Shown in pieces: positions 18,370-27,791 of a DNA stretch of 64,000 nt (positions within the stretch are counted from its first letter, which is position 1; every line of letters begins with the position of its first letter). Where the stretch lies: the NCBI GenBank assembly GCA_964430945.1, contig CAYSHH010000003.1:4183-68182 (forward strand), in the 5' to 3' direction. The DNA is from an uncultured Candidatus Saccharibacteria bacterium (GTDB taxonomy: Bacteria; Patescibacteriota; UBA1384; JAMDBS01; CAYSHH01). The notes beneath the pieces were generated by a model. That model was not told the origin of the DNA, ran no database searches, and saw only the letters and a list, made by a program, of their open reading frames with translations. The position numbers were made by a program, and so were the translations under genes.

Positions 18370-18828
18370 ATGAAGAAAATAATTGTTATCTATGTCATCA
18401 TTGCTTTAGTTTTTGGCTTTGTGCTAGGTGGGTTTATGATGAGAAAGACACAAACTAGATCTTTATTTGCCCTAGATAGTTGCGAGGGTACTTGTCTAGA
18501 ATCAAAGGACGTTTTAGGAATTTTGGCATCAATTGGCATGCAAAATCTGGATTCGGTTATTCCAAACAAGATTGCAGAAACTGATAAAACTATTGTTATC
18601 GAAAATCCATTTCCTGAAGCAGACATTCACTATCTAATCTTACCCAAAAAAGATATCAAAGATATCGGCCAATTAGATGAAGAAAATATCGCTTACATTA
18701 ATGACGCATATAAATTGATGAATGATATAATTGTAAAAGACAATCTCAAAGACTACAAAATTGTCACATACGGGCCAGGATACCAGCACGCAACTTATCT
18801 GCATTTTCATCTGATGGCTGATAAATAA
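18370..18828 (+). CDS. HIT (histidine triad) family protein with N-terminal TM anchor
   Basis: N-terminal helix IIVIYVIIALVFGFVLGGFMM. HIT motif HFHLMAD (HxHxHxx) at the C-terminus. Confidence 0.65.
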   Translation: MKKIIVIYVIIALVFGFVLGGFMMRKTQTRSLFALDSCEGTCLESKDVLGILASIGMQNLDSVIPNKIAETDKTIVIENPFPEADIHYLILPKKDIKDIGQLDEENIAYINDAYKLMNDIIVKDNLKDYKIVTYGPGYQHATYLHFHLMADK

Positions 18829-18855
18829 AAAAATAAAGCCCCATTTTACTGGGGC
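18826..18855. terminator. Hairpin terminator between convergent genes
   Basis: gcccca-ttttac-tggggc stem-loop. The T-tract lies on the minus-strand side, serving 18878..19249. Confidence 0.55.
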
Positions 18856-18877
18856 ATTGTGCTGATTATAAGAAATA

Positions 18878-19249
18878 TTATTCGAACAAGTCTGGGAATA
18901 TATTTTTTAATTTTGACGATACGAAAATTATATTCTTCCCATCGTCATAGATTTTTTCTAATTCTTCTTGCTGAACGGCATTCTGTACGACGGTCAAATC
19001 GTAGGGACAATAAGAAATAGGATATTTGGCCAATTCTAAGTATGTGAAATCCATAAGACGCAAATCGCCACACACCATATTAAAGAGAGTGTTGGCACCT
19101 TCGGTGCCTAAAACTTCAGCGACAATATGTGACATTAGCATCCCTTCTTGGTGCTCGAGTTCAAGTTTTTTAATTGCTGCCCGAATTTCATCCGTATCAA
19201 ATCCAGGATTATCGAAGACGAATTTTTTTAACATAGATATTGTCATCAT
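18878..19249 (-). CDS. Hypothetical protein
   Basis: 123-aa ORF, no motifs. Confidence 0.4.
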   Translation of the reverse strand: MMTISMLKKFVFDNPGFDTDEIRAAIKKLELEHQEGMLMSHIVAEVLGTEGANTLFNMVCGDLRLMDFTYLELAKYPISYCPYDLTVVQNAVQQEELEKIYDDGKNIIFVSSKLKNIFPDLFE

Positions 19250-19375
19250 TAAAAAGTACCTCCAAAGTATTTTGTTTGTTAAGGAATTGACTTAGTAGTA
19301 TAGACTTTTTTATTCAACAAATCAATACAAAATACCCGGATAGACATTTAGTTAATAATTGAGATAATAGTATAT

Positions 19376-20452
19376 ATGAACACTGATTTGTTTGTACAAG
19401 GTGTCAAAAAGGGAGCTGAGAAAAAAGAGCTTCATAAGGCAATTGAAAATGTGCTAATAAAAAGCACTGATAATTTAAGTTGGCTTAAAAAAGGTGATAA
19501 AGTATTACTCAAACCTGCACTCAATTCTCCTGATCCATACCCAGCAACCACAAGCCCAGATAGTGTCAAAGTTGTTCATGATATTTTAGTTGAACATGGC
19601 GCAAAAGTAATCGTCGGAGATCAGTCTGGCATAGAGCACGTTCAACATTCACCAAATAAAATTATTGGTTCGAGTAAAAAATGTTTTATTAGCTCTGGTA
19701 TGGGAAAAGGATTGGAAAAAGATTTTGTTAGTTTTGAAACTCGCGATTGGGAAAAAGGATTTAAGCATTTTGAAAATGCCAAAACAAGTTCCTGGAAAAA
19801 TGGATTTAATGTCACAAACATCATTGACGAAGTAGATCATGTAATTAGTTTGCCAAGAGTGAGTACTCATGCCCAAGCTGGAGTAACTCTTGGATTCAAA
19901 AATCTAGTTGGAATTTTAAGACAAGATAGTCGTGCCGAATTTCATGCTGATGGCCCATTTTTTCAAGCATTTAAAATGTATACTCGAAAAACTTCTAATG
20001 CTAAAAATGTTAAAAACTGCAATAAGTTTTTTGAAAAAATAGTTGAAATTTCTGAATCAGTTCGCGATAAATTGCGTTTAACTCTATTTGTCGGTACATG
20101 TGCGCAAGTTACTTTCGGACCAGACAAAAAAGTAATGCGTAGTTTTTCATCAAAAATTGTTGTGCCGAAAACTGGTCTAGTATTCGCATCAGCAAATCAA
20201 GTTTCTGCCGAAGCATTTGCTATTGCATATATTAAACATCTTTACGAAAAATATGCAGGAAGTGCAAAGCTTTTACAGAAAGCTTTGGTTTGCGCCAACG
20301 GTCAAATAAGAGAATTGGATAAAGAAAAAGTCTGGGACAATCCATTTTTAGTTCATGCTCTAAAACTTAATTATGGTGATAAAAATATCAATATTGTTAA
20401 CATAGATCAAAATAAAATCATAAATATTTTAACAGGTGAATTATTTAAATAA
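19376..20452 (+). CDS. DUF362-family protein
   Basis: GDKVLLKPALNSPDPYPATTSPDSVKVVHDILVEHGAKVIVGDQSG resembles the DUF362 N-terminal signature (GDKVLIKPNlv...). Confidence 0.5.
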   Translation: MNTDLFVQGVKKGAEKKELHKAIENVLIKSTDNLSWLKKGDKVLLKPALNSPDPYPATTSPDSVKVVHDILVEHGAKVIVGDQSGIEHVQHSPNKIIGSSKKCFISSGMGKGLEKDFVSFETRDWEKGFKHFENAKTSSWKNGFNVTNIIDEVDHVISLPRVSTHAQAGVTLGFKNLVGILRQDSRAEFHADGPFFQAFKMYTRKTSNAKNVKNCNKFFEKIVEISESVRDKLRLTLFVGTCAQVTFGPDKKVMRSFSSKIVVPKTGLVFASANQVSAEAFAIAYIKHLYEKYAGSAKLLQKALVCANGQIRELDKEKVWDNPFLVHALKLNYGDKNINIVNIDQNKIINILTGELFK

Positions 20453-20591
20453 ACATAATAAAAATAATTCATCTAAATTTGTAAGATTGGTTAAATAATT
20501 ATTGACGTATTAAATATAATATGTTAATATTTACGCTCAAACAAATGTTAGACCTTTTCCAAATAAATAATAAACGGGAGGTGAAAACTCA

Positions 20592-20870
20592 ATGAGTCAA
20601 AATGTAAAAACAGTTTTGATTGTGGTAATAATCGCGATTTATCTTACTGTTGCAGCTGGTTCACTTATTGAAAAGATTGCTGATGTGACTACTGGCAGTG
20701 AACTGGCCATCAAGCAGATGGAAAACAGCGATGTCGCCTATGCCCAATTGGAAATTTATCAAAGATTTCAATGGGCATGGAATTACATTGGATTTGTGAT
20801 CGCAACCACTTTAGTATTCCTGGTTGTGAAATCAACATCGAAGAAAACTGACAATCGGTATTACGAATAA
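20592..20870 (+). CDS. Small membrane protein
   Basis: Strong SD gggaggtg and two hydrophobic segments; lies in the compositionally distinct segment. Confidence 0.45.
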   Translation: MSQNVKTVLIVVIIAIYLTVAAGSLIEKIADVTTGSELAIKQMENSDVAYAQLEIYQRFQWAWNYIGFVIATTLVFLVVKSTSKKTDNRYYE

Positions 20871-20882
20871 GGAGGATGTATC

Positions 20883-21857
20883 ATGGAAAAAATCAAAATT
20901 ATTATCGTGATGGTTATCGCATCAATTTTGCTTTCTGCTCTGGTGGGATGTGGCCCACCCCAGGTTGAGAAATACGAAGAAATAGGTCCATCAGAAACTG
21001 CTTTCATGATCAAGCTCGAGGGCGATACGCAAAAGGGTCAGGCAAAATTCATGTCTGAAGAGTTCCTCGAAAAAAATAAAGTTTCGACCAAGAGGATTAA
21101 GTACACACAGAGGAAAAGAGTTACCGGGAGATATCCCGCTGATTATGAGTGGATCCTTAACGAAAAAATTATAAAGGTAGATCGTAAGCCAGTAACCAGG
21201 GAATGGACTGGTTCCACAGATACCGGGACTTCAGAAAAGAACGAAGGTGTAAGGGCAGAGTCCAAGGAGTCAATTACCTTCGTTGCAGGAATGTCGGCGG
21301 CTGCACAGATCGAAGAATCTGACGCTGCGAAATTTCTTTATTTCTTCAATAACGAACCTCTTTCAACGATCATGGATTCTCAAATTCGTCCATACGTCGA
21401 ATCCAGGTTCATCGAGGAGTGCGGAAAAAGAACCCTTGATCAAATCATCACAGAAAAGGACAAAATTATGACTGCCATCCGCGAAGATGCAAAAAAGCAC
21501 TTCAAGGATAAAGGGATCACGATTACAGTTCTGGGATACAAGGGAGACTTCGGTTATCCTGATGAAAACATCCAAAAGGCAATCAACGAAAAGTTTATTG
21601 CTAATCGTGACAACGAGGCTCAAAAAAAGAAAAACCAGACAAGGATTGAATCGGCCCAGGCCGAAGCTCAAGCTGCAAAAATTCTTCAAGAATCAGCTGG
21701 AGGAGTTGCCTATCAGCTACGAATGAAAGAACTCCAACTTCGTGAAAAAGAGCTGACAATTCAATCCAAAGCTGTTGAGAAATGGAATGGTCAACTTCCT
21801 CAAGTTTCCGGAAATAATTCATCAATCATCAGCCTTCCGTTAAATACAAACAAGTAA
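20883..21857 (+). CDS. SPFH/band-7-like lipoprotein
   Basis: Lipobox-like LSALVGC signal. The central and C-terminal region has an SPFH-like pattern: ...TLDQIITEKDKIMTAIREDAKKHF..., then an alanine/glutamine-rich coiled region RIESAQAEAQAAKIL. SD aaggagga. Confidence 0.55.
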   Translation: MEKIKIIIVMVIASILLSALVGCGPPQVEKYEEIGPSETAFMIKLEGDTQKGQAKFMSEEFLEKNKVSTKRIKYTQRKRVTGRYPADYEWILNEKIIKVDRKPVTREWTGSTDTGTSEKNEGVRAESKESITFVAGMSAAAQIEESDAAKFLYFFNNEPLSTIMDSQIRPYVESRFIEECGKRTLDQIITEKDKIMTAIREDAKKHFKDKGITITVLGYKGDFGYPDENIQKAINEKFIANRDNEAQKKKNQTRIESAQAEAQAAKILQESAGGVAYQLRMKELQLREKELTIQSKAVEKWNGQLPQVSGNNSSIISLPLNTNK

Positions 21858-21875
21858 CATATATTTACTTCCCAA

Positions 21876-21901
21876 AAAGGTGTCTATTAGACACCTTTTA
21901 T
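21876..21901 (+). terminator. Rho-independent terminator
   Basis: aggtgtct-att-agacacct followed by tttta. Confidence 0.7.
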
Positions 21902-21917
21902 AATTCCTTACTGGAAA

Positions 21918-21954
21918 CCCCGCACGGTTTTCCGGCAGGAAAATGAGTGCGGGG
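21918..21954. other. GC-rich imperfect hairpin (ccccgcac...gtgcgggg), unusual for this AT-rich sequence
   Basis: 8-bp GC-rich arms with an about 21-nt interior. Confidence 0.4.
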
Positions 21955-21983
21955 AGGATGTTATTTAATTCATTTAAATAAAA

Positions 21984-22003
21984 GAAGCCCGTGCGCGGGC
22001 TTC
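21984..22003 (-). terminator. Terminator for minus-strand gene 22026..22409
   Basis: gaagcccg-tgcg-cgggcttc, with the T-tract on the minus strand. Confidence 0.6.
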
Positions 22004-22025
22004 GTGAAAAATTGAAATATATCGA

Positions 22026-22409
22026 CTAGATATTTGTTGTTTTTTTAAAGAAATCGTTACAACACCCAATCATTATCGATCGAGTGTCAATTATTTGAAA
22101 TGCTACATTTTCGTTGTACTTATAAATTGTACCGTCTACACATTTTACATAATTGAAGTACAACTTTTCGCCGTTCGTTTTCGGTTTGAGAAAAAAGTAA
22201 TGTTTTCCTGCGTAGTCTTTAAAAACCATTGTTGGAACCGATTCCAGTAATTTATTTAAAGTGACCACGAGTACTCCGCAATGAATGTCTGTTATGGTTT
22301 TTCTCTGAAGACTTCTAATTACTGAACGGATATTGTGTCCTAACTTCACGTAATCTGGTTTTCTTTTTCCAGTAGACTTAGGACAAAAACGTAAATTATT
22401 CATGAACAA
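22026..22409 (-). CDS. Hypothetical protein (127 aa), strong SD
   Basis: aaggagga lies 7 nt before the ATG on the minus strand. No motif recognised. Confidence 0.45.
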   Translation of the reverse strand: MFMNNLRFCPKSTGKRKPDYVKLGHNIRSVIRSLQRKTITDIHCGVLVVTLNKLLESVPTMVFKDYAGKHYFFLKPKTNGEKLYFNYVKCVDGTIYKYNENVAFQIIDTRSIMIGCCNDFFKKTTNI

Positions 22410-22500
22410 ATCCTCCTTTTATTTTTAGACCTCAAATTATGTCATAAAAATACCATATAGTCAATAATTTGGTATAATATATTTAAATATAGGAGGGAAT

Positions 22501-24726
22501 ATGAATGTACTAAAAAAAATAATTATTACTTTTGTGATTGGGATGTTTTTGATCCCAGTTTTTGTATTTGCCGAAGACAAGCCAACAAATGATGCACCAG
22601 GTACACAAATACCAAAATTAGACGCATCTGAGACACAAGACGCGCCGATACTTCAAAATAACGAAGTTTATCCGTTTTGGGGACCGGTGTGTCAACGTTA
22701 TACCTACTCGGTTACGTATTTAGATCAAAAAGGACGTGCACCGGAATACATGCAGATATATTTCAATGGCAAGATGATTGATATGGAGAAAGAAGATCCA
22801 AATAACAATGATTATAAAAACGGGGTTAAATATATTTATAAATATGTTCCCACAAAAATCGGCTCAAATTTTTATTATTTTGAAGCGTCAAATGGTGTAG
22901 GCAAAGCTCGTGCCGCAATTATCGACTCACCCGACAATGGTCCTGTGCTTTTCGATAGTGATTTTAAAAATAATGAAATAGTTTTGTACGACAAAGAAAA
23001 TGATAAAGTCACATGGAACTACCCGACTCACGAAGAATGGGTTGGGGGTGTAGCTTTATCAGATGATGGTAAATACCTGGCCGCAAAAACATCCTACCAT
23101 GTATATCTATTTGATACATCCAAATCTGAACCACTCTGGGTATATGATTCTAGTGTAGACAATATGATTGGTGGTGATGTAAAAGGTGGTATAGATATAT
23201 CAGCCGACGGAAGTAAAATTTTTGCAGCAATAGGATCTAAAGCTTTACTTTTTGATAAAAATTCCAAAATACCTGCTTGGGAATATTCAAATAATGGTCA
23301 AGTTTCGGGTAGTGCGTACAATGTTTCAATTTCTGCCGACGGAAACTATGCTGCAAGTGCAATGGCTGGAGGTGGAGAATGCGACGCTGGAGAGGGACAA
23401 TGTAAGGAAAAAGACGCATTAATATTTTGGAATACCAATTCTAAAGATCCACTTTGGAGATACCAAACCGAAGGAAATTTTCATGATGTTTCAATATCTG
23501 CCGATGGCTCATATCTAGCTTCTTCGACTGGTTGTCCTGATAGAAGTGCTTATATATTTTCTCGCGATTCAAATGAGCCGATTGTTCAATCCGAAATGTT
23601 GACCAAAGACTCGCCAGTTGATGAAGCGTCAATTTCAGCAGATGGAATGTATAGTGTCTTTGGGGCAGAATCTTCTGACGGTGGAGTATTCCTATTTGAC
23701 CGCAATTCAAATAACCCAATTTGGAAATTTCCAACACCCAATGGCATTTCCGTTAGGGCACTTAGCATGACACCCGATTCTAAATATATTGGTGCAGCTA
23801 CTATGGCCAAAGGATACGCATATATATTTTCACGTGATTCCAATGAACCCACTGATACCTGGGATGTTGACGCTAGCCTAGGAGTAGAGGATATTGCCGA
23901 TGATGGATCCTATATAGCTGTTGGTGGAACAGATAAAAAAGTTCACATTTTCGAGCGAGGAAAAAGTGAACAACAATCACAATTTGATCTCACTGAATTT
24001 GTTGGAGAGTTAGATGTTTCAGGAAATGGTAAATATGTTGCTGCAGGCACGTCAGGATCAGTATATTTTTTTGAATCGCTTGATATTGACAATAATAGTG
24101 TTTCTGAGTGTGCACAAATTATTGAGCCGTCTCCTAAACCAACAAACTATAGCGCAGATATCGCAAAACCAACAAACAACAAAACAGGATTTGACATGCC
24201 CTTAAAAATATCGGGAATTATTTTCATACTTTCGCTTATCATCTCGGCAGTTTATTTGTATCTGATCAAAAAAGATAAGATTACTAGAAATAAAATGATT
24301 GCTTCGTTATTATTAATCATAATACTAGTAAGCTTTGGCGCAGCATTGTATTTTATTCTAGTAGATAATTCCAATACACACAACGTCGATAGTCCAAATG
24401 TTGTCAAAAGTCAAGACATTCAAACGGACGATAGTGCAAATACAGATGATGTAAATAAAAATGTTGAGGTTGCAAATCCAGAAGGAGAGAGTACATCAGT
24501 TATAAATGATAGTAGTAGCGAAGGGTCAAGCACAACAAACGATAACGTCTCTGGGGATAGTAGCTCTCAAAATGTAATACAACAAGATCCATCAGGTGAT
24601 AATAATAGTTCGGAAAACGTAATAATTCAAGACGAAACGAATGGTGATTCGGGAAACGTGATTAATAATACCGAATCCAATGATGGCACAAGTAGTGACG
24701 GTGGGGCAGGTATCGTGGTAGACTAA
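22501..24726 (+). CDS. Large surface protein with about 8 beta-propeller-type repeats, 2 TM helices and an S/N/D-rich tail
   Basis: Signal peptide. Repeated blade-like units about 45 aa long (VSISADGNYAAS, VSISADGSYLAS, ASISADGMYSVFG, MTPDSKYIGAA, IADDGSYIAVGG, VSGNGKYVAAG). TM helices follow (IIFILSLIISAVYLYLI, LLLIIILVSFGAALYFILV), then a low-complexity tail. Confidence 0.7.
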   Translation: MNVLKKIIITFVIGMFLIPVFVFAEDKPTNDAPGTQIPKLDASETQDAPILQNNEVYPFWGPVCQRYTYSVTYLDQKGRAPEYMQIYFNGKMIDMEKEDPNNNDYKNGVKYIYKYVPTKIGSNFYYFEASNGVGKARAAIIDSPDNGPVLFDSDFKNNEIVLYDKENDKVTWNYPTHEEWVGGVALSDDGKYLAAKTSYHVYLFDTSKSEPLWVYDSSVDNMIGGDVKGGIDISADGSKIFAAIGSKALLFDKNSKIPAWEYSNNGQVSGSAYNVSISADGNYAASAMAGGGECDAGEGQCKEKDALIFWNTNSKDPLWRYQTEGNFHDVSISADGSYLASSTGCPDRSAYIFSRDSNEPIVQSEMLTKDSPVDEASISADGMYSVFGAESSDGGVFLFDRNSNNPIWKFPTPNGISVRALSMTPDSKYIGAATMAKGYAYIFSRDSNEPTDTWDVDASLGVEDIADDGSYIAVGGTDKKVHIFERGKSEQQSQFDLTEFVGELDVSGNGKYVAAGTSGSVYFFESLDIDNNSVSECAQIIEPSPKPTNYSADIAKPTNNKTGFDMPLKISGIIFILSLIISAVYLYLIKKDKITRNKMIASLLLIIILVSFGAALYFILVDNSNTHNVDSPNVVKSQDIQTDDSANTDDVNKNVEVANPEGESTSVINDSSSEGSSTTNDNVSGDSSSQNVIQQDPSGDNNSSENVIIQDETNGDSGNVINNTESNDGTSSDGGAGIVVD

Positions 24727-24762
24727 AGACATAAATTATATATAAAAATATAGAAAGGAAAT

Positions 24763-25395
24763 TTGATGAGTTTTCTTCACATCTTTGCACTTCTATTTGC
24801 GGTCGGAAATCCGATTGATGATCTCCCGATATTTATTGAGATGACTAGAAACAAAAAAATGTCCAATGTGCACATTATGATTTTGGTGGCATGCTTATTT
24901 TCTTTCGGTTTATCAGTTTTATTTTTATATACTGGTATGGCAATATTAGATGCTTTTGATATTGGGATAGAAGCATTTCGTATCGCTGGGGGCCTAGTCA
25001 TATTGCTTATTGGACTGAAACTTCTTGTTGGGTTTAATGTTAAAAAAGATGAAAAGGAAGAAGCAAAAGAAGTCAAGGTTCAGACAGAAAAAGAAAGTCT
25101 TATCTCCCAGGCTATTGTGCCGTTAGCAGTTCCTCTCTTGGCTGGACCAGCAGTGATTAGTACCGTAGTTCTTTTGGCAAGCAATGATAATGTTCCTGAT
25201 GTAAAGATACTTATTGCTTTAGTGGCGCTTACGTTAATAGACTATATAATTTTTATTACAGCTGGCAGATTGGCAAAATTCTTAGGTGATATAGGTATCG
25301 AAGTGATTGCTAAACTCTTGAGTATCATCATGATTGCAATGGGTATACAATATACATTGCTAGGTCTAGCAAATACATTTCCAGGGTTGATGTAA
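24763..25395 (+). CDS. MarC-family (UPF0056) integral membrane protein
   Basis: N-terminus FALLFAVGNPIDDLPIFIEMT resembles the MarC N-terminus. Polytopic. Confidence 0.6.
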   Translation: MMSFLHIFALLFAVGNPIDDLPIFIEMTRNKKMSNVHIMILVACLFSFGLSVLFLYTGMAILDAFDIGIEAFRIAGGLVILLIGLKLLVGFNVKKDEKEEAKEVKVQTEKESLISQAIVPLAVPLLAGPAVISTVVLLASNDNVPDVKILIALVALTLIDYIIFITAGRLAKFLGDIGIEVIAKLLSIIMIAMGIQYTLLGLANTFPGLM

Positions 25396-25420
25396 TCTAA
25401 TTAATAGAAAATAGAAAAAA

Positions 25421-25732
25421 ATGAAAACAAAAAACATTATTATAACAAGCTTATTAAATGCAATTTGTGTTTTAATTTATGTCGGGATTGTGGCTGTACT
25501 CATGACAAATGCCCCACACATTTTCGGCAAGATGGAAGGTATTGCAGGGCCATTTGGTTTTTTGATGCTCTTTGTGGTAAGTGCCACAATTTGTGGATAT
25601 CTTGTTTTCGGCCAGCCAATATTGTACTACCTTGGTGGGCAAAAAAAAGAAGCAATAAATCTTCTTGGTTATATAGTTCTTTGGCTCATACTTTCAACTG
25701 GAGTAACGCTAATATTTTTGGCAATCAAATAG
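25421..25732 (+). CDS. Small 3-TM membrane protein
   Basis: Hydrophobic 103-aa ORF. Confidence 0.45.
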   Translation: MKTKNIIITSLLNAICVLIYVGIVAVLMTNAPHIFGKMEGIAGPFGFLMLFVVSATICGYLVFGQPILYYLGGQKKEAINLLGYIVLWLILSTGVTLIFLAIK

Positions 25733-25733
25733 T

Positions 25734-26840
25734 TTATTTACTACCGAAAGGATTAATCTTTTCGGCCATTTTTTTAGCTTTCTTTATTGCGGCTTCACTT
25801 TCTTTTTGATGAGACTGCCCATTGTATCTCATAATTTGAGCAATCCATTTTGTGTTTTCGATATTTTCTAAAATCATAATGATTATTAGGGTCAATGGTA
25901 TACAAAGCAATACGCCTATTCCACCCAAAAGATATCCCCAAAAAAATACTGAAATAAATACAACAACCGGGGAAATATTCAGTCTATCACCCATCAGTTT
26001 AGGTTGAATAATATTTTGTACCCCACCGTTTATAATTATATATCCAACTATTATAATAATCGCAGTCACAGGCCCACCTATTAGATATCCTAATATTGCA
26101 GGGGGAATTAAAGCAATTATGAAACCAACGGCAGGTATGTACCCCATTAACCAAGACAAGACACCAAGCAAAAAAGCGTGAGGTATACCGAGGATTAGTA
26201 GTAAAATCATATTTCCAATAGCTACAAGTAAATTTACAAAAGTAAGGGTATTTACGTATTTTCTAATATCTTTTGTAATATCGGATACCCTCATCATAAT
26301 TGAATTACTGATATTTAGATCCTTTTTGCCTCTTGAGTGGAAAGAAATTGCAGCTACAATCATAAAAACAAATATCAAAAGCGTAATTCCAAACTGAGAA
26401 ATAGATGACAAAATAATACCGATTAGCCTCTCGATATAGGGAATAATATTTATAATAGAGTTTGCATTTATGCCTAATGAATTGACAATATTTGAAGACC
26501 AATCATCACCTAGCCGTACTGATAGTTGAGTAACATAGATTGGAACCTCGATTGATAACTTAGTTATTGAAACAAACACGATACCGACGACTGTACCCAG
26601 GACCCCAATAACCATTAATATGGTAACTAATATTGATAGCCAGTTAGCAAACCCATGTTTTTTAAGATAAGTATGTATTGGTATAACACAGATCGTAATC
26701 ACAGCAGCCAATATGATAGGATTAATAATTATAGACATTTCTCTGATGCCATACAGTATTATAAAAATGCTAGCCATTCCTAACAAGTAAATTATTAGCT
26801 TATAAATCCCATCACTATTTTTAATCTTTTCTTCGTTCAT
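25734..26840 (-). CDS. AI-2E family transporter (PerM/UPF0118)
   Basis: IPAVGFIIALIPPAILGYL...NIIQPKLMGDRLNISPVVVFISVFFWGYLLGGIGVLLCIPLT. Confidence 0.8.
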   Translation of the reverse strand: MNEEKIKNSDGIYKLIIYLLGMASIFIILYGIREMSIIINPIILAAVITICVIPIHTYLKKHGFANWLSILVTILMVIGVLGTVVGIVFVSITKLSIEVPIYVTQLSVRLGDDWSSNIVNSLGINANSIINIIPYIERLIGIILSSISQFGITLLIFVFMIVAAISFHSRGKKDLNISNSIMMRVSDITKDIRKYVNTLTFVNLLVAIGNMILLLILGIPHAFLLGVLSWLMGYIPAVGFIIALIPPAILGYLIGGPVTAIIIIVGYIIINGGVQNIIQPKLMGDRLNISPVVVFISVFFWGYLLGGIGVLLCIPLTLIIIMILENIENTKWIAQIMRYNGQSHQKESEAAIKKAKKMAEKINPFGSK

Positions 26841-26874
26841 ATATTATATTATATCATTTTCTAATATCGGAAGA

Positions 26875-27351
26875 TCAAAGCTTTCCTTTCTTTATAAACT
26901 CTTTGATTACCAACATATTTTTTTCTGGATCTTCAATATCTTTTAATTCAAGGTCACTATCTTGAGTAGAAATTTTAATCATAATATCACCAAAATTCAA
27001 TTTCTTTCCAATAATATTTTGTCGATATCTGATTGTTTCAAATTGACTATATGTGAATGAATCGTATTTGGGTATTATCCCGGTTCGTTTAATTATTTCA
27101 TCAGATTTAAGAATTAAATATTCATAATTATAATTTAAATATATTAATATTGAATAAAACATCACAAAACCAACAAATGCGACAAAAAGAATGTCAAGCG
27201 AAACGCCTTCCAATAATGGCGTTGTAACAAATAGTCTTACATCTAAGAAGTGCAGAATCAGATATAATATCAAAAACATTACAAAAACGGCCAACATTTT
27301 ATAATAAGTACATTTTTTACTTTTTCGTATGATTTGTTCTTTATTGTCCAT
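26875..27351 (-). CDS. Membrane protein with bacterial PH (bPH_2/YdbS-like) domain
   Basis: Two N-terminal TM helices, then ...EFIKKGKL typical of bPH_2. Confidence 0.55.
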   Translation of the reverse strand: MDNKEQIIRKSKKCTYYKMLAVFVMFLILYLILHFLDVRLFVTTPLLEGVSLDILFVAFVGFVMFYSILIYLNYNYEYLILKSDEIIKRTGIIPKYDSFTYSQFETIRYRQNIIGKKLNFGDIMIKISTQDSDLELKDIEDPEKNMLVIKEFIKKGKL

Positions 27352-27396
27352 AAAGTAAATATACCATACTTTAATTTTATATGGTAGAATTGAAAT

Positions 27397-27735
27397 ATGA
27401 AATATTTAAATAAAGAAGTTCCAGAAGAAATAAAAATAAAAGTACAAATTGTAATATATAGCGTAATAGCTCTTATGGTAAGTGGTACAATATTGTTTCA
27501 TTTTCTTGAAGGATGGTCATATATTGACTCGTTTTATTTTCTTAGTGTAACAATTACAACTATTGGTTATGGAGATTTATGTCCTACGACAGATTTGACC
27601 AAAATTTTAACGGTTATATATTCATTTGCAGGTATTGGAATAATTCTGCTCGTTGCTCAGACTTTTACGAAAGCATATATTGAAAAAAGATATAATCATC
27701 TACAATCTAAGAGGAACCACGATAATCATAAATAA
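27397..27735 (+). CDS. Minimal 2-TM potassium channel (KcsA-like pore only)
   Basis: M1-P-M2 layout with the selectivity filter TITTIGYGD. 112 aa, no RCK domain. Confidence 0.75.
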   Translation: MKYLNKEVPEEIKIKVQIVIYSVIALMVSGTILFHFLEGWSYIDSFYFLSVTITTIGYGDLCPTTDLTKILTVIYSFAGIGIILLVAQTFTKAYIEKRYNHLQSKRNHDNHK

Positions 27736-27791
27736 AGCCTGCTAATTAAATATTTACATAGGGCTGTAAAAAACAAATATAGTGGATTTAT

